IMG/VR virus record: IMGVR_UViG_3300042309_002578
Span: 1 to 64,000 of that record
Origin: a virus
Reading direction: 5' to 3' (one strand)
DNA: 64,000 bases
Part shown: one piece after another, positions 1 through 10,467 of the stretch
How the letters are laid out: each line of letters opens with the position of its first letter
Position numbering within the stretch: position 1 is the first letter of the stretch
Made by a program: the position numbers and the translations under genes
The notes under the pieces: model-generated
The model's input: the letters and a program-made list of their open reading frames with translations, nothing else
Database searches by the model: none
Told to the model about the DNA's origin: nothing

Positions 1-322
1 AGCCACAAGTCAGGAGTTGTTTGATAAAGCTACCAATGCCGCTTCTTCCTTATTAGAAAGCAAATTGGAAGAGATATTGGACGCGGAAAAAAAGTGGTTT
101 CTTGAGATTGAGCAAATAAAAGTAAAGTAAAGGACAGTAAAATGGAAATTCAACCAAATGGCAAAGAAGTTTTTATATAAATGTAAATAGTCTTTGCGAC
201 CTAAGCACGTCATTAACTAACGTAACTTAGTTATTCAGTTACATCTATCAAGTCTCGCATTTGATAGATGTTGCTGGCTAATTAGTCAGATACTCATTGA
301 ACGTAAGAAAAAAGGAACAATT

Positions 323-511
323 ATGTCTAATATCACATACAAGTTTGGAGATCAAGTTCAAACAGGTGATTTCTTTCAATATGAAGTAATCGAAGATAAA
401 GGTGACACTGTAGTAGTAACACCTGCTTACGGTCATAATGTTCAATGGGGTGAAAAAGGTGGTGAAAAGTATGAGTACAAAAAAGAAGATTTAATTCCAG
501 TTATTCATTAA
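323..511 (+). CDS. small hypothetical protein
   Basis: 62-aa ORF with AAGGA RBS; flanked by hairpins and TCAGTTAC at 235-242 and 515-522. Confidence 0.6.
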   Translation: MSNITYKFGDQVQTGDFFQYEVIEDKGDTVVVTPAYGHNVQWGEKGGEKYEYKKEDLIPVIH

Positions 512-596
512 ATATCAGTTACGGGTAATTAATTTAATTTAGTTACTCGTTACTGCTAGTTAATTGCTAGTAGATAATACAAAGATAGGAGACAAA

Positions 597-782
597 ATGA
601 GAATATTTAATTTATTGGGTGTAGTAGCAATCCTTGTTATTTCCCTTGCTGTTTCCTATGTTGCTCCGACAATCGCAGCACATGATGATGATGATTTTAC
701 GGACTTTTTATTGGTTTTAGTAGGAGTCCTTACTGTTTCGGTAATCACAATCACACTCTGCTTGCTCAACAACTTACCCTGA
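597..782 (+). CDS. small two-TM membrane protein
   Basis: AGGAG RBS before ATG 597; two hydrophobic stretches separated by DDDDF. Confidence 0.55.
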   Translation: MRIFNLLGVVAILVISLAVSYVAPTIAAHDDDDFTDFLLVLVGVLTVSVITITLCLLNNLP

Positions 783-885
783 AGAGAGAAATGATTATAC
801 AAGTTAAACTGATGGTTAGAAATCGCGTCTACACAGACAAAATCAAATTCTTGATTTTTGGTTAGTCTGCGCGGGCGGAATTTGT

Positions 886-1074
886 TTGTGTAGCGGCGAT
901 TTTCAGTTACCGGGGCTTAAATGCGAGGAGGCTAAAATTAGCCGGACATATTGGAATCGGATAACAAAAGATGAAGAGGCGATCGCATACCCGACTCTAT
1001 GCAAGCTTGAAAAGGGTTTTGGTGTTAATTTTGGCGTTAATTTCAATACCATTTATGACAATTTAATTGTTTAA
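886..1074 (+). pseudogene. XRE-type HTH regulator remnant, apparently internally deleted
   Basis: CEEAKISRTYWNRI...IAYPTLCKLEKGFGV resembles a cyanobacterial XRE HTH; the first helix after LPGL appears missing. Confidence 0.4.
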
Positions 1075-1255
1075 AAATTGGACTTTATTTTCTTGACTTT
1101 ATATACGATTTGATATATATCTAATTATAGATAAATAAAAATCAAATCAACAAAATGTCAAACATAGATTATCGCTGTCCAGATGTGTCTAGACTTTGGT
1201 AATTTTGGGTAAGTTTTATAGAACGGTAAATCAAATTTCAAAATTAAGAGCAAAA

Positions 1256-1630
1256 ATGTCAACTTTAAGAATATCGAAAGAAGCTGTAGAGTACGGCGAG
1301 AATATTAGACTATTTTCAGATATATCTGAAAACTATGACATTAGGGTGAATGGGAACGGAATATTTAATTACAAGATTTCTAGCTCCCACCCAACATGGA
1401 TAGAAGTGCAAATACCAGAAAAGATTAATTTATCCGGCGAAAACATCGAAGCAAGAAATTTAATTAATGTCCAGATTGCAGACGGTTTACTTTCAGTAAA
1501 CACAGCGTCACTAATAACCACAATTAGTGATTTTGTCAAAACTAAAGGATGGAATGTAGAAGAAATTCCTGATAGATTTAGCGATCATCCTAGTAATTTA
1601 AATAACCCGACAATAACAACAATTAAGTAA
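1256..1630 (+). CDS. hypothetical protein
   Basis: ORF track; likely ATG start at 1256. Confidence 0.55.
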   Translation: MSTLRISKEAVEYGENIRLFSDISENYDIRVNGNGIFNYKISSSHPTWIEVQIPEKINLSGENIEARNLINVQIADGLLSVNTASLITTISDFVKTKGWNVEEIPDRFSDHPSNLNNPTITTIK

Positions 1631-1639
1631 GCAAAAATA

Positions 1640-1945
1640 ATGACACAAATTGATTTACATATAACCCAAAAAGGGGAATCTAGAAACAAAATTGGCAGCA
1701 AAGCCAACAAAGACCAAATATACACAGTTGGTTTTGGGAGTGCGTACATTTGCAAAGAAGATAGGGAGTCTGTTTTTGATTTTGAAATAGATTTAATAAC
1801 TTTGAAAGATGCTGAAAATCAAATCCATTTTGAGCCTAATACAAAATATTTTTTAGAGGTTTCAGCACCGCTGTGGAGCGCGACATGGGAAAGAGATGGT
1901 GATGGTGAATGGATTTGTATAAAATCTGGCGACGGATTTGCTTAA
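1640..1945 (+). CDS. hypothetical protein
   Basis: 101-aa ORF directly after previous gene. Confidence 0.6.
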   Translation: MTQIDLHITQKGESRNKIGSKANKDQIYTVGFGSAYICKEDRESVFDFEIDLITLKDAENQIHFEPNTKYFLEVSAPLWSATWERDGDGEWICIKSGDGFA

Positions 1946-2598
1946 ATTTGTCCACCATCAACACCGCTTTGAATTGGTGTAGTTAGCCTTAAAATCCGAG
2001 GGTAGCCAACGTTTACGAATCCCTCTGCGGGGGATTCGTAGATGCAGTCTAATGTTTTTCCCCTAAATCACCATCAACAGAAATTTGGTTCTTGGGGTGG
2101 CTTTATTCCACAAAATCTGGAATGCCTTAATTGAGTCTACACGAATGTCTGCTGTGCTGCTTTTACAATCAAAGTGCATTGCATCTGCATTCTCATAAGT
2201 CCAAGCAAACCCGTTTTTTTTGCATTATATCTTTAGCGTCTTTCCATTCTTCAATATCCAAGGACGCGCCCCTTTGATGGTCAGACTTGCCAGGATAGGC
2301 AACAAGATTCTTTATTAATCCCCTTTATTTTTGCGAATACAGCATCGCTTGAGCAATTACAGACCTGTAGGCACTATTTATAGTAATCGGCTTACCGTAG
2401 GCAGATATAGCAGCAGACAAAGCTTTTTTTGGTTGATGGCTGACAATACGGAAAAAGCCCATCACCAGAGTTAATTTTTAAATCCTCAAAATTAACCAAA
2501 GAATTTGGTGCTAACTCATTTAATTGCTGAAATAGCTGTAAATCAAGCCCACGCGCTTGCATTGTGTTGCCAGTTAGCAAATCCTTAACTTTTGTCAT
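1942..2598 (-). pseudogene. M15-type peptidase / peptidoglycan-binding endolysin pseudogene
   Basis: Manual translation gives INSAYRS..AQ, PGKSDHQRGASLDI (SxHxxGxxxD), DAMHFD and VDGDLGEKT (PG-binding); broken by a frameshift near 2424-2430, an in-frame TAA near 2325, and truncation. Confidence 0.8.
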
Positions 2599-2711
2599 AA
2601 TATTTTTTGGTAAAATAAAAATCAAAAAACGGCTGGATGGGGGAAACAGCCGTAATATTCATATAAAACAATTTGAATTTATCTTAATCCCAAATTAAAA
2701 AAATGTCAACA

Positions 2712-3575
2712 CTATTCACTGTCTTCTGTTGATCTATTTCGCATTTCTAGAGCCTGTGCAGCAATATTATCAACATCTACTGTGCTGTCAGATTCTTCAT
2801 CGTTATCAACATCAGGAGCTACACCCACCTCTTTGTAATACTCGTCTTCTATAACCATATTAAAAGCATTTTGTATTTTTTCTGACATCGCCATCTCCGA
2901 TTCTTTGATGGCATTTATAATTCTTGGCACTATTTCGTATGGAATTATCTTTGCAGCGACTAAAGAATTGAGAGCGATAGCAATGTCGCCCATTCCAGGC
3001 TCAAACACATGATACCCTTTACGTCGCAACAAGTCTTTAGCCCAAATGTCGTCACCGACAGCCTCCCTAGTTAACTTTGTAGAAACTTCCATAAAAGTTG
3101 CTGCATCTCTAAACCCCCATCTAGAAGGTTCTATAATTATTGTTTTGCCGTCTTGTTCGGCCGTGGACCGAACAATTGGCTGTTTTAGCATTTGCTCGGC
3201 TTTATCAAGTAAAGTTCTGCTACTGTTTAAAATCCTGTCCCTGTGTTCTTCCCAATGTAGCAACATCGCTTCTTCGCGTTGATTGAGCTTATGCCTTAGC
3301 CATTCTTCTTTTCTTTTTTGCCAATTAAATTTTAAACTCCATGTCTGAATTGTTGACATAGCTTTTGTTGGTGGCAAAGATTCGCCAGGTTTTGTGTTGG
3401 CATAAATTCTTTGCAACTCAGAGTTGTTGCAATTGTAATAAATGTAATCCGTAAAAGCTATGTATGCCCTCAAGCTTTCCTCTTTCATCCTTGGGCATAC
3501 AGACTCAATAGCAGCAAATGATACTTCTTTATTTGGTTTTGTGGACATTTTAAAAAGAAAAAATATACTATACAT
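2712..3575 (-). CDS. putative terminase small subunit / HTH protein
   Basis: ES.RAYIAF...TIQTWSLKFNW..R pattern; position downstream of ParB-MTase fusion is typical of phage packaging modules. Confidence 0.5.
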   Translation of the reverse strand: MYSIFFLFKMSTKPNKEVSFAAIESVCPRMKEESLRAYIAFTDYIYYNCNNSELQRIYANTKPGESLPPTKAMSTIQTWSLKFNWQKRKEEWLRHKLNQREEAMLLHWEEHRDRILNSSRTLLDKAEQMLKQPIVRSTAEQDGKTIIIEPSRWGFRDAATFMEVSTKLTREAVGDDIWAKDLLRRKGYHVFEPGMGDIAIALNSLVAAKIIPYEIVPRIINAIKESEMAMSEKIQNAFNMVIEDEYYKEVGVAPDVDNDEESDSTVDVDNIAAQALEMRNRSTEDSE

Positions 3576-3632
3576 CCAAGTTAAAAGTATAATATATTTT
3601 TTGTCAAATATTTAATTTTAGACAACAAAACT

Positions 3633-5051
3633 CTAAAATCCCAATTGATCCTCAGATATTTCTTCTGATGCAGAACCGTCACCAATATCAACACCATCTC
3701 TAATAATTTTGATTTTTCCTCCGTTGAAATTTTCCCATCTGGTGGCGATAACATTGGCGAAACGCTCGTCCAATTCTGTCGTGTAGCAAACTCTATTAAG
3801 CTCATCGCAAGCAATTAGTGTTGTACCGCTTCCGCCAAACAAATCAAGAACTAAATCGCCTATCTGACTAGAATTTTCTAGGAAATATTTAACCAGTGGT
3901 GTTGGCTTTTGTGTTGGATGCACATATCCATCGGTGTCACAATTTTTCTTATCTAAATGAGTTGTTGCACATTCAACAATAGTTGTCTGTTTTCTGTCTC
4001 CGTGCCATATATGCGCTGCACCTTCTTTCCATCCATAAAGTATCGGCTCGTGTTTCCACTGATAGTCAGCGCGTCCCATAATCATAGATGTTTTCATCCA
4101 AATTAAGCATGATTGCAATTTCCAGGGTTGGGCAACAAAAGCATTCCTAAAATGATGACCCATAGTGTCTGCATGACATATATATATTGGTCCTCCTTCA
4201 ATCATACATCTGTCTATAGATGCGTAGACTTTATCTAAGAATTTGCGAAATTCTACATCCGACATACTGTCGTTTTTGATTTTCCCAAGCGGAGCATTTA
4301 TTTGTCTTTCTGTTAATTCTCCACCACGAGATTCTGGGTCATAATCAACGTTGTATGGTGGATCTGTAAAACACATTGCGGCCTTATTCCCATTCATCAA
4401 AAGAGCGATATTTTTTCTGTTTGTACAGTCACCGCAGACTAATCTGTGTTCACCCATAAGAACCAAATCGCCAAGCTTGACCCTAATTTGAACAGCATCT
4501 GCCGCAGGTGCTTCATCTTCATCGCCATCTCCATCTCCTTCGCCATTCCCGTCGCCATCTCCATCTCCTTCGCTATTGTCGTCATCATTTTTATAGTTGA
4601 CACTATCTGGGTTTTTGGACGCGATCGCTATTAGTTCATCAAGTTCGTCTGGCGTGTAAGGTAGCGCGTTACCAAAGGTTTCTGGCTGGATGTTTTTAAT
4701 TTCAGCTAAAAGCACAGCCTCCTTTTCTTTGTCTGGTTTACCCCTCGTTTGGTTCATCACAATTGTCAGCCTTTTGGCATCTATGTCGCTTATGCCGTAT
4801 AAAATATTGGCGACAATAACGCCATCTTGAGACATTTCCATATAACGATGCTCCCCATCAATTATTTGATAAGCATCATTAATAGTGGGGTGTGGACGGA
4901 CCAAGACTTCAAGAACCTGCCCAAAGTCATCAAGCGATTCTTGAATTGCCTCTTGTTGCCTGTCGGTCGTTTCGTTTGGATTCCAAGGATTTGGGTGAAC
5001 TTTATTGACTGGTATTTTTACGCCATACTCAATGTTTGTAATTTTTTGCAT
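3633..5051 (-). CDS. ParB-N domain fused to N6/N4 DNA methyltransferase
   Basis: HPNPWNPN and IIDGEHR (ParB); FTDPPYN, HPTQKP and VLDLFGGSGTT (beta-class MTase); acidic GD linker. Confidence 0.92.
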   Translation of the reverse strand: MQKITNIEYGVKIPVNKVHPNPWNPNETTDRQQEAIQESLDDFGQVLEVLVRPHPTINDAYQIIDGEHRYMEMSQDGVIVANILYGISDIDAKRLTIVMNQTRGKPDKEKEAVLLAEIKNIQPETFGNALPYTPDELDELIAIASKNPDSVNYKNDDDNSEGDGDGDGNGEGDGDGDEDEAPAADAVQIRVKLGDLVLMGEHRLVCGDCTNRKNIALLMNGNKAAMCFTDPPYNVDYDPESRGGELTERQINAPLGKIKNDSMSDVEFRKFLDKVYASIDRCMIEGGPIYICHADTMGHHFRNAFVAQPWKLQSCLIWMKTSMIMGRADYQWKHEPILYGWKEGAAHIWHGDRKQTTIVECATTHLDKKNCDTDGYVHPTQKPTPLVKYFLENSSQIGDLVLDLFGGSGTTLIACDELNRVCYTTELDERFANVIATRWENFNGGKIKIIRDGVDIGDGSASEEISEDQLGF

Positions 5052-5122
5052 CTTATTTTTCTAATACAAGGACTAAAACAAAATTATAATTGATATTAGT
5101 AAGATTTATCACGAGATTAATT

Positions 5123-5602
5123 ATGAATGCTAATGTTTTTAGTCAAGACTACAACCCAGACGAGGATGGGTATATTACTGTAACCACAGAAAAAGGAGTT
5201 AACGACATAGCTGCAAAAGTTTTCCCTGGCGAAAATGTAACAAGGTTTAAAGAGATTGTTGACTTAAACCCAGATGAATATGGAGAAGATTATTTTGGTA
5301 AAGCAGAGCTAAAATTAGACCAAAAACCAAAGCGGATAAAAATCCCATTTGAAAGAGAAATACTAAAATTTGCACGACCACTGTTTGACAAAACAAGTAC
5401 AAAAATATCAGGAGCAAAAGATTTGCTGGTAAAGCTTGACAGTATCCCAGCATTAAGAGGTTTTTCAAGAGAAGCAATAGAAAGTCTTACTACTGCTACT
5501 TCTGATCTTTATAGCCCATCTCTTCTGAGTGATACAGCAGGTATATACGAAGACCAAGAATTACCAAGATTAATCCCTTGGCTGCTTTCTGGCAAGCAAT
5601 AA
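5123..5602 (+). CDS. hypothetical protein, possibly LysM-like tail protein
   Basis: GVNDIAAKVF...FKEIVDLNP resembles a LysM/tail X fold. Confidence 0.4.
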   Translation: MNANVFSQDYNPDEDGYITVTTEKGVNDIAAKVFPGENVTRFKEIVDLNPDEYGEDYFGKAELKLDQKPKRIKIPFEREILKFARPLFDKTSTKISGAKDLLVKLDSIPALRGFSREAIESLTTATSDLYSPSLLSDTAGIYEDQELPRLIPWLLSGKQ

Positions 5603-5611
5603 TTTTTTTAT

Positions 5612-5661
5612 AAAAAAGTAATATCCTCAAAAAATTCTGTTTTTTGAGGATATTACTTTTT
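5612..5661. terminator. long inverted repeat, bidirectional terminator
   Basis: AAAAAGTAATATCCTCAAAAAA...TTTTTTGAGGATATTACTTTTT between convergent genes. Confidence 0.8.
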
Positions 5662-5690
5662 GTCAGTGCTTTATTGGCAAAATAATGTAC

Positions 5691-6161
5691 TTATTTTTCT
5701 TCTAAGTGTGGGAAAAGATGCCATTTATCTTTTATTTCAACTCTTAAATTTGAAAAATGAATAATGGCAGCAACAGCGATCGCAGTGCCAAGAGCTTTTT
5801 TCTGGTCTTCATTTAAACTTTTTTCTATTTTAATACCAAGGAGATATTCAATAATTGGCTTAAAAACAAAAAAACAAAAATCGTCAAAAATGTTTTTTCT
5901 TTTTTTCATATAAGCAAATGTTGTCTCCCAATCTAGCTCCTCATTTGTAATGTTGTCAGGGATTGAAGAAACAAATATTCCTTGGACGAGGATATTTTCT
6001 GGGTTTGTTTTAACTAAGTTTTTAATCAAAGTTTTGGCTAAAAGGGTTAAATAGTTTGAAGATCCAGATGAAGACTCGGCTTCCTCTAAAATCTTACTTA
6101 CAACACCTTGTAAGGAAGGTGTGAGTTCGTTGTACATCTTGATGATTGTTGTTGTTTGCAT
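5691..6161 (-). CDS. hypothetical protein
   Basis: 156-aa ORF with A/C-rich leader. Confidence 0.65.
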   Translation of the reverse strand: MQTTTIIKMYNELTPSLQGVVSKILEEAESSSGSSNYLTLLAKTLIKNLVKTNPENILVQGIFVSSIPDNITNEELDWETTFAYMKKRKNIFDDFCFFVFKPIIEYLLGIKIEKSLNEDQKKALGTAIAVAAIIHFSNLRVEIKDKWHLFPHLEEK

Positions 6162-6263
6162 TTTGTTGTTTTTGTTTTGTTATCTTCTTTCAAGATATTA
6201 ACACAATATTAATTTAATGTCAACCAATATTGAATTAATGTCTGACTTTACAAATTGACACTC

Positions 6264-7037
6264 TCATGGCTGAATCCACCAAAAGGATCTAAAGGTCAGA
6301 TTCACTCGCTGCCCAATAATCTTTTTTGTTTTCGGTAGTGAGTGTAAATGTGTCCGTTGGCAACCTTCTTTCATAATCAACAAAGACCCATGTTCTAACC
6401 ACAAACTTTCAGTCTGCCTACTCTCTTTTTCCATAAAACTAAATTTGCGAATAGCACCAAAAGAAACTGATGCGATCGCCGGATCTACACCCATCCGGCT
6501 GTCATCATCGCTGTGCCAACCAATACTACTGTTCCCGTCGTTGTAAAGGTTGCCAAACACGATGTTAAATTTGTAGTCAAATACCTCCATTATTTTGCTT
6601 CGCAAAGATAAAAGTGGTGGATTCCATGTCTTTGCTCTCATCTCAATGTTTGCGTATTTGTATGATGTATCTGTATCACCATAAAGACACTCTTTTCTTG
6701 GTACATCAATCATTTTTTGATTAATGTACATTTGATTTTGTCGCCAATCTAAATCAACAAACTCCATGAAAAAATTGGTTGCCGTATTAGTATCTAAAAA
6801 ATCTGGATAGTAGATGTAATGCGGGTGTTCGACCACGTTGCTTAAACTAAATAAAGAAAGTTGTAGTGACATATTTTTTAGGCAATATTCCTGACAATTA
6901 ATTGCATCGCACTCAATTGAAAACTCGACAATACTCTTTGCTTGTCTCAAACAATCTTCTTTGTCTTCTGACTGACAGGAATCATATTTTTTACCACCTT
7001 TGAAAACTTTAGAATGGTAAAAATTGCCATATTGCAA
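6264..7037 (-). CDS. alkB: AlkB-family 2OG-Fe(II) dioxygenase
   Basis: NLYNDGNSSIGWHSDD, IASVSFG, HSLPK, RVNLTFR; real start may be ATG at 6872. Confidence 0.92.
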   Translation of the reverse strand: MQYGNFYHSKVFKGGKKYDSCQSEDKEDCLRQAKSIVEFSIECDAINCQEYCLKNMSLQLSLFSLSNVVEHPHYIYYPDFLDTNTATNFFMEFVDLDWRQNQMYINQKMIDVPRKECLYGDTDTSYKYANIEMRAKTWNPPLLSLRSKIMEVFDYKFNIVFGNLYNDGNSSIGWHSDDDSRMGVDPAIASVSFGAIRKFSFMEKESRQTESLWLEHGSLLIMKEGCQRTHLHSLPKTKKIIGQRVNLTFRSFWWIQP

Positions 7038-7133
7038 TATGACAACTCGATTAGATAATCTTGGTAAATGAAAGTTTCCGTTTCCATAGTTTTATAAAAT
7101 TAATTAGGGCATTTGAGTAATGTCCAATTACCA

Positions 7134-7325
7134 CTAAACCAAATTAAATTTTTTACGACTATCCAGAAGTAAGTCGTTTTTTATTTTCCATATTCTTTCG
7201 GCGCACAGCCAGCCGTCTTTCGTGGCTGTGTCTTCTGGTGGACAATTGACACTTTGGTAAAATAAATCAATGCCGTCATTGAATTGTTTTAAATGTTTAC
7301 CAGAACTAACTTTATTTGTCGCCAC
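7134..7325 (-). CDS. small hypothetical protein
   Basis: 63-aa ORF. Confidence 0.45.
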   Translation of the reverse strand: MATNKVSSGKHLKQFNDGIDLFYQSVNCPPEDTATKDGWLCAERIWKIKNDLLLDSRKKFNLV

Positions 7326-7689
7326 AGCAACATTTTTTGGTTTGTTTAAGACTTTTCGCAGAATGTTTATTCAAAGCACTGTAATTCTCCTAATTTAATT
7401 TTTCCCTACATCAATATTATATCACACTAAATTAATATTGCAACAATATTGACTTAATATTTTGCTTGTGGTAAAATAAAGACATGAAAAGCGGGTGAGC
7501 AAAAATGCCAATACAAGAATTTGATTGCAGTGTTGTTTATAGGGGTAGAAATTTCTATGTTCAAGAAAATTTGCGACCCCTTGGGTATAATTGGGAAAAG
7601 TTCAGCTACCAAAAGAAAATATTCTGTTTTTGAGTGTAATGAGTTTTAAATAATTATGTTAAGATATTGTTATCTTAACAAATAACAAA

Positions 7690-8130
7690 ATGAACAACAC
7701 AATACACGAAACCAGAGAAACACTCGAATTAAAATCACAACAAATTGTAGAACAAGGAGGCTTTGATAAGAATGACCTAACCTCCTTTTTTATATTCCGT
7801 TCACCCGCAGAGGTAAAGTTTGCCGAAATGCTGCGAGACGCTGGTTTTGTATTTGGCGTAAACGTAAGAATGCAGCTTCAACAACGTGACGGATCTTTTG
7901 CGTTCAGAGAGGCAGATTTTTTAATCTTTGGTGCTAAAAAAATAGTCGTTGAAATTGATGGTGCTGCATACCATCAAGACAAAGTTAAGGATGCTATACG
8001 CAACTCTTTGTTTGCTCGTAATGGCTTTGTTGTCGTAAGAATACCAGCAGGAAAACTTTATGATTCTTCTTATGCTGAAAATTGCATAAAATCAATCAAA
8101 AATTTGTCAATGAACGAGAACAGTGCATAA
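7690..8130 (+). CDS. DUF559/Vsr-like PD-(D/E)xK endonuclease
   Basis: SPAE, READFLI, VVEIDGAAYH, D..RN...GFVVVRI. Confidence 0.85.
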   Translation: MNNTIHETRETLELKSQQIVEQGGFDKNDLTSFFIFRSPAEVKFAEMLRDAGFVFGVNVRMQLQQRDGSFAFREADFLIFGAKKIVVEIDGAAYHQDKVKDAIRNSLFARNGFVVVRIPAGKLYDSSYAENCIKSIKNLSMNENSA

Positions 8131-8207
8131 AGTATTTTGTTGACTTTTGTTATCCAGTGGTATATGCTATATAAAGAAGCAAAAAACACAAGCAAAAACA
8201 AAAATAT

Positions 8208-8365
8208 ATGTCAGCACCAAAAAGCAAAGAACTCACAAGAAATGAAAAGATCAGTGCTATTCTGCAAAACTTTAAAACAGTTCCTTGGCATAACGGGCTT
8301 GAAACTCTAGATTACAGTCTTCCGCTTGAACAATGGTAATTGTTAAAGCATGATATCTCTATACA
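8208..8365 (+). pseudogene. 5' part of a small native gene interrupted by the HTH insertion
   Basis: MSAPKSKE...EQW*LLKHDISI continues in frame as HFLY* after removing 8366-8818. Confidence 0.6.
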
Positions 8366-8393
8366 GAACAAATACTAACTAAGGACGCTAACC

Positions 8394-8831
8394 ATGATCT
8401 TAAATGAACGCCAATACATGATTACTAAATCTCAGATTAAAAAATTTCAATCAGCAACAGAAAATTTGGAAAAAGATCCCCCACAAGATAATGAAAATGA
8501 AAAGTTACGACATCAATCATATTTAGCTTCACTCAATGGTGAAATAGAAGAACTATTAGAACAAGTGGAGGAATATGAAAACCTCAAATCAAGGAAAATA
8601 GATAGGTTGGAATGTAAGTCTTTAGAAGAATTACCAGAAGCACTTATTAAAGCCCGGATTTTTCGTGGTTTAACTCAGGGACAATTAGCAGAACTTTTAA
8701 ATGTGAAGGAACAACAGGTGCAGCGTGATGAGGCTAATGGATATGCTAATTCTAGTTTCACCAAGATTTTGAAAGTTAAAAGTGTTTTAGGCATTGAGGT
8801 TATCCAATGCTCTATACATTTTCTGTATTAA
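8394..8831 (+). CDS. XRE HTH antitoxin-like protein on a direct-repeat-flanked insert
   Basis: MILNERQYMITK...LIKARIFRGLTQGQLAELLNVKEQQVQRDE; CTCTATACA at 8357-8365 and 8810-8818. Confidence 0.85.
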   Translation: MILNERQYMITKSQIKKFQSATENLEKDPPQDNENEKLRHQSYLASLNGEIEELLEQVEEYENLKSRKIDRLECKSLEELPEALIKARIFRGLTQGQLAELLNVKEQQVQRDEANGYANSSFTKILKVKSVLGIEVIQCSIHFLY

Positions 8832-8859
8832 TTATCTACAATAAAATAGCTGATTATAC

Positions 8860-8893
8860 AATAATCGTGAATTAAATTTAATTCACGATTATT
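8860..8893. terminator. perfect 34-bp palindrome between convergent genes
   Basis: AATAATCGTGAATTAAA/TTTAATTCACGATTATT. Confidence 0.7.
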
Positions 8894-8895
8894 TT

Positions 8896-10467
8896 TTATC
8901 TCAACATTTGCAGAATGTTCTCGGTTTCGCTTTCTGAACTTGCGTTGGCAACACCATCGCGGATATTTTGGCGAACCCAGCCCAAAAACTGACTTGTACT
9001 ATCAATACTGTCTTTTACTCCCTTGGGAAAATTAAATAAATCCCTCTCGTATTCTGCTAACCAGGGAGAATCATACGGATGATGTACACGCTTGTTCTCG
9101 TAAGCTGTAGCCTCGACCTCCATTCTAACTTCTTTGTTTTGTTTCGGAATTATGCCAACTATCCAGGAATCAATTTTGATTATTTTTTCCCCACCATCTA
9201 AAATTATAGGTTTTCTTGCCTCTTGAATAAGGCTTGAGCCAGTAGATTTATCTTCTATCAAAATGACATCCGGCAAGAAGGAATCGTACAAACTACAGAA
9301 TGCTCTTTTGCCCTTCACATAATCAAATTTTCCAATAAAACTGTGAATTAAATAATAGTCTCGATCATAGCTTTCACCCCAGGTTGTGCAAGCCCAATTG
9401 TCGTTCTCTGTTTTGTCTTTTTGGGCTGTGTCCCAACTTTGTATAATTCTTTTTAATGCCGGTAAGTTTTTGTACCTTACAATCCATTCTGGCGAAACAA
9501 TACCACCGGAAGCAGGGACTGGTCGCTGTTGATGTCTACCTGCGAACTTGTAAGAACCAAGGACTTTTTGAGCATCTTTGACTTTTGACCAACCAAAACG
9601 CTCCTCATGTAAAAGAGTTCCTTTTTTTCTGTCAACATACCTGCCAGACATTGGGAATATAATCCGCTGGTCTTCCTCGGCTATAGTTGGTAAGCATAAG
9701 TGGGTGTATCCCCCGATTTCTGCCAACGTATGCCCTGAAATATCTTTATCGTGTAATCTTTGCATAACCGTTATAATTCCCCCTTTGTTGGGGTCATTAA
9801 GCCGCGTTCCGACGACATCATCAAACTCAGAGACAGTTCCTTCGCGCACATTGTCAGATTCCAATTCTTCGGGGTGATGAGGGTCATCAACAATAATGCG
9901 ATCGCCCCCTTCCCCAAGAACAGTTCCTCCAAACGATGAGGCAAACATTTGACCCTGGAAGTTGTTGGAAAATTCAGTTTTAAGGTTGTTGTCGCCACTT
10001 AACTCGAATTTGTGTCCCCACAAACTCTGAAACCAGTTTGATCTAATGATCGTTCTGCGCTTCAAATTATGCTTCACGCTCAATCTTGATGAGTATGACA
10101 AGCACAAATATCTAAGCGTGGGATCTGATAACCATTCCCAAACAGGAAAATTAATCGTAACAATAATGCTTTTAAGGTGTCTTGGTGCTATATTTATTAA
10201 TAATTTATTAATATGCCCTTTGTTAAAATACTCTAAGTATTCGCATATAGCCTCTTGATGCCAATTTAAATATATGTCTTTCCCTGGCTCAATTACGTGC
10301 CAAGATGCCTTAAAAAACTCATACAATGAACTTTCATAAAGAAGCTTTTTCTCTTCTGTTTGCGGGTCTTTTACGGTTTGATAATTATTTTTAATATAAA
10401 CATCACAATTCTTCTGAAGCTTGTTTAGTTGCGTAAAATGGTCAAAGTTAGGGGTTATTGTTTTCAT
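8896..10467 (-). CDS. terL: phage terminase large subunit
   Basis: INIAPRHLKS (Walker A variant), IIVDDPH (Walker B), MQRLHDKD, QSWDTA, IEDKSTG, FPKG.KDSIDSTSQ nuclease motifs. Confidence 0.95.
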   Translation of the reverse strand: MKTITPNFDHFTQLNKLQKNCDVYIKNNYQTVKDPQTEEKKLLYESSLYEFFKASWHVIEPGKDIYLNWHQEAICEYLEYFNKGHINKLLINIAPRHLKSIIVTINFPVWEWLSDPTLRYLCLSYSSRLSVKHNLKRRTIIRSNWFQSLWGHKFELSGDNNLKTEFSNNFQGQMFASSFGGTVLGEGGDRIIVDDPHHPEELESDNVREGTVSEFDDVVGTRLNDPNKGGIITVMQRLHDKDISGHTLAEIGGYTHLCLPTIAEEDQRIIFPMSGRYVDRKKGTLLHEERFGWSKVKDAQKVLGSYKFAGRHQQRPVPASGGIVSPEWIVRYKNLPALKRIIQSWDTAQKDKTENDNWACTTWGESYDRDYYLIHSFIGKFDYVKGKRAFCSLYDSFLPDVILIEDKSTGSSLIQEARKPIILDGGEKIIKIDSWIVGIIPKQNKEVRMEVEATAYENKRVHHPYDSPWLAEYERDLFNFPKGVKDSIDSTSQFLGWVRQNIRDGVANASSESETENILQMLR

